A DNA stretch of 64,000 nt from an uncultured virus (IMG/VR IMGVR_UViG_3300037067_003438) (Duplodnaviria > Heunggongvirae > Uroviricota > Caudoviricetes): IMG/VR virus record IMGVR_UViG_3300037067_003438. One strand, 5' to 3'. The notes below the pieces were generated by a model. The model had not been told where the DNA came from. It did no database searches and worked only from the letters and a program-made list of their open reading frames with translations. Of the stretch, positions 62,102 through 64,000 are shown piece by piece. The position numbers and the translations under genes were made by a program. Each line of letters starts with the position of its first letter. Position 1 is the stretch's first letter.

Positions 62102-62198
62102 AAAAAAAATAGGGCGGGCGAACCAAAGTGTTCCTTTGATAAAATATTTCCCACCCTGGCTGTAAAGTATGCCCCATGTGGGTGCGTGGGGTACATAC
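62102..62198 (-). terminator. Two-hairpin structure ending in U8 (terminator)
   Basis: GUAUG..CCCCA/UGGGGCAUAC, then AGGGUGGG/CCCGCCCU followed by U tract. Confidence 0.55.
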
Positions 62199-62564
62199 TT
62201 ATTCGGTGACAATATTTTCGGTGACAGTACTTTCGGTTAAATCTTCTGCTAAATTTTCTGTCGCCAAAATCTTTGCTAGAAAAGCATTGGCATTTGCCAC
62301 GTCGATACGGCGGGCACCGGCAGTAGCCGTAAATTTGGGCACATTAATGCCCTTCTTACGATAGTTTGCCGAACGAATACGCACCGATTGAACGGGCAAA
62401 CCCGTCTTGTCTGCCACATCCTTGTACGACTCGCTTCCGGCAAACGCCGCAAGGAAATCATTAGCCTTCACGGTAGGCTTGCGTGTGGACTTAGCCTTGA
62501 TAACTACCGGGGCTGGGGACGCTTCGGTTTCGGTCACTGGAGACACAACTTCATTCTCGCTCAT
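62199..62564 (-). CDS. Small HTH-like protein
   Basis: SYKDVADKTGL..SV..R; strong AGGAG RBS, own promoter and terminator. Confidence 0.55.
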   Translation of the reverse strand: MSENEVVSPVTETEASPAPVVIKAKSTRKPTVKANDFLAAFAGSESYKDVADKTGLPVQSVRIRSANYRKKGINVPKFTATAGARRIDVANANAFLAKILATENLAEDLTESTVTENIVTE

Positions 62565-62634
62565 AAAACAAACTCCTAAAATAAAGGTTAGAACTTACTA
62601 CTTTTGGGGGACATCCCCCTTTGAACTTACTTAT

Positions 62635-62662
62635 ATTATACTATCACAATCGGACTTGTCAA
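62635..62662 (-). promoter_or_regulatory. Sigma70-type promoter TTGACA-16-TATAAT
   Basis: Consensus hexamers; same spacing at 47901..47928, 60796..60823 and 63278..63305. Confidence 0.75.
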
Positions 62663-64000
62663 GCGGTTTCTTGGGCAATATCCTTTTTAATAGCCTTCAC
62701 CATACGACGGGCACAACGTAAAGTATTTTCTAGTTCCCAATTATAATCACGAAATTCTTCACCTGGATCATAATCATAATAATGATTAAATACAATACGA
62801 TAAGCACTTCCTTCGCCACCATGGCAAAGAGGTTGTTTATAAAGTGGACATTGATGACATTTACTCGGTGTATGATTTGGTATATAGATATGGCAATATC
62901 CACAATCCCATCCAGAAAGATCGAAGTCGCCATCATCATCATTTTTTAGATCTTTGACAATATTTTCCCACTTTTCTAAACTTTGTTTCTTTAAATTGAT
63001 TTTGTCTTTCTTACGCATTTTTTTCTCCAATTGCAAATGTTAAATTTTCCTCTGATACTGCGTTGACAGTACAAAACATTTTTAGATAATTTTCCCAGGC
63101 TTTAGCTGGCGAGGAAAACATTTTTATCCAATTATAAGCGTTGACATGATTGACGGGTTCGCCATTCACGTAGAGATTACTTCCGGGTGGGCAATAGCGG
63201 AACTTATCCAGGGCGTCAAAATAATCAAGGGTTTTCATTTTACACCTTTTGGTTTGAATGTCTTGAACTATACCCTAATTATACATTCTTAACTAGGTCT
63301 GTCAAGTCAAAAAGGTATTACCATACAAGAATTTTGAGAATATTTCATATAAATATCTAGCCTACTCATCCCTCCCTGTTTAGCCAACCAGCCCATTCCT
63401 ACTTCAATGTGTAGAGTGGAATGATGATAAACTTTGGGCCAATGATAAGCATTGGGGTGATAGATTGGGCGACCGCCAATAGTGGTATAGTGTGAACTAC
63501 TCCCTAATAACTCTGGGGGGTTGTCACCATCAACAATTTTAACAGGATAATTATATCCAGTATATCCGACATACAGACGGGCTAAAAAATTATCCGAAAT
63601 TCTATCTGGATTGTTAAAATAATTAGTGGACATCAGGAATTCTTCTTATCTTTTCTAAAAGAATATTTATCAAAACCCTTTGCCCGTGCCATAGTTAGAT
63701 CATCAATTTTGGGGATGGGCTTTTCGGGCGATGCTAACCCGCCAAGATACATTTCTAATTCCTGAAAAGCTAAATAAGAATTAAAAACTTTGTAAAATTG
63801 ATATGTGGATAATTTAGCATTAAGAATAAGACGAACTTTATTGTACGCACAAACACTATATACAAAAATAGGAACTTTAAATCCATCAAAAATATATCCA
63901 GCTAATTCTTGGGCAAAATTACTGTAGGATTTTACCTCGGACATATAAAAGAAATTTTGTAAATCTTGGAGAAGATAACTTATGTTTTGTCTGCGTTTGC

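Noticed and set aside
464..62721. Numerous short + strand ORFs in the supplied track
   Set aside because: They are antisense shadows of - strand genes or overlap RNA elements and lack motifs; only the HNH gene at 43550..44146 is credible.

Overview
64 kb of a large, AT-rich dsDNA bacteriophage genome with dense genes almost all on the - strand, standard genetic code and no CRISPR array. An SHD1-like protein weakly suggests a Planctomycetota/PVC-type host. Contents: auxiliary genes (ClpP, ThyX, sigma-like factor, Hsp20, thioredoxin, CAP, papain-like peptidases); a ~10.5 kb glycosylation cluster with DegT aminotransferase and sugar N-formyltransferase; rIIA/rIIB; five free-standing homing-endonuclease-like genes; two DNA adenine methyltransferases; four tRNAs, two of them atypical. 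The most striking element is at 41.4-46.2 kb. A TROVE/Ro60 gene sits downstream of four Y-RNA-like ncRNAs: one YrlA-type with a circularly permuted tRNA module and three minimal ones sharing a covarying scaffold. They are interleaved with a long-variable-arm tRNA-Asn and an antisense HTH-HNH gene, near an RNA ligase. Several other unexplained structured RNAs, two promoter classes and a repeated junction motif were also found. All RNA structures were folded by eye and all protein calls come from motif recognition; no database searches were run.
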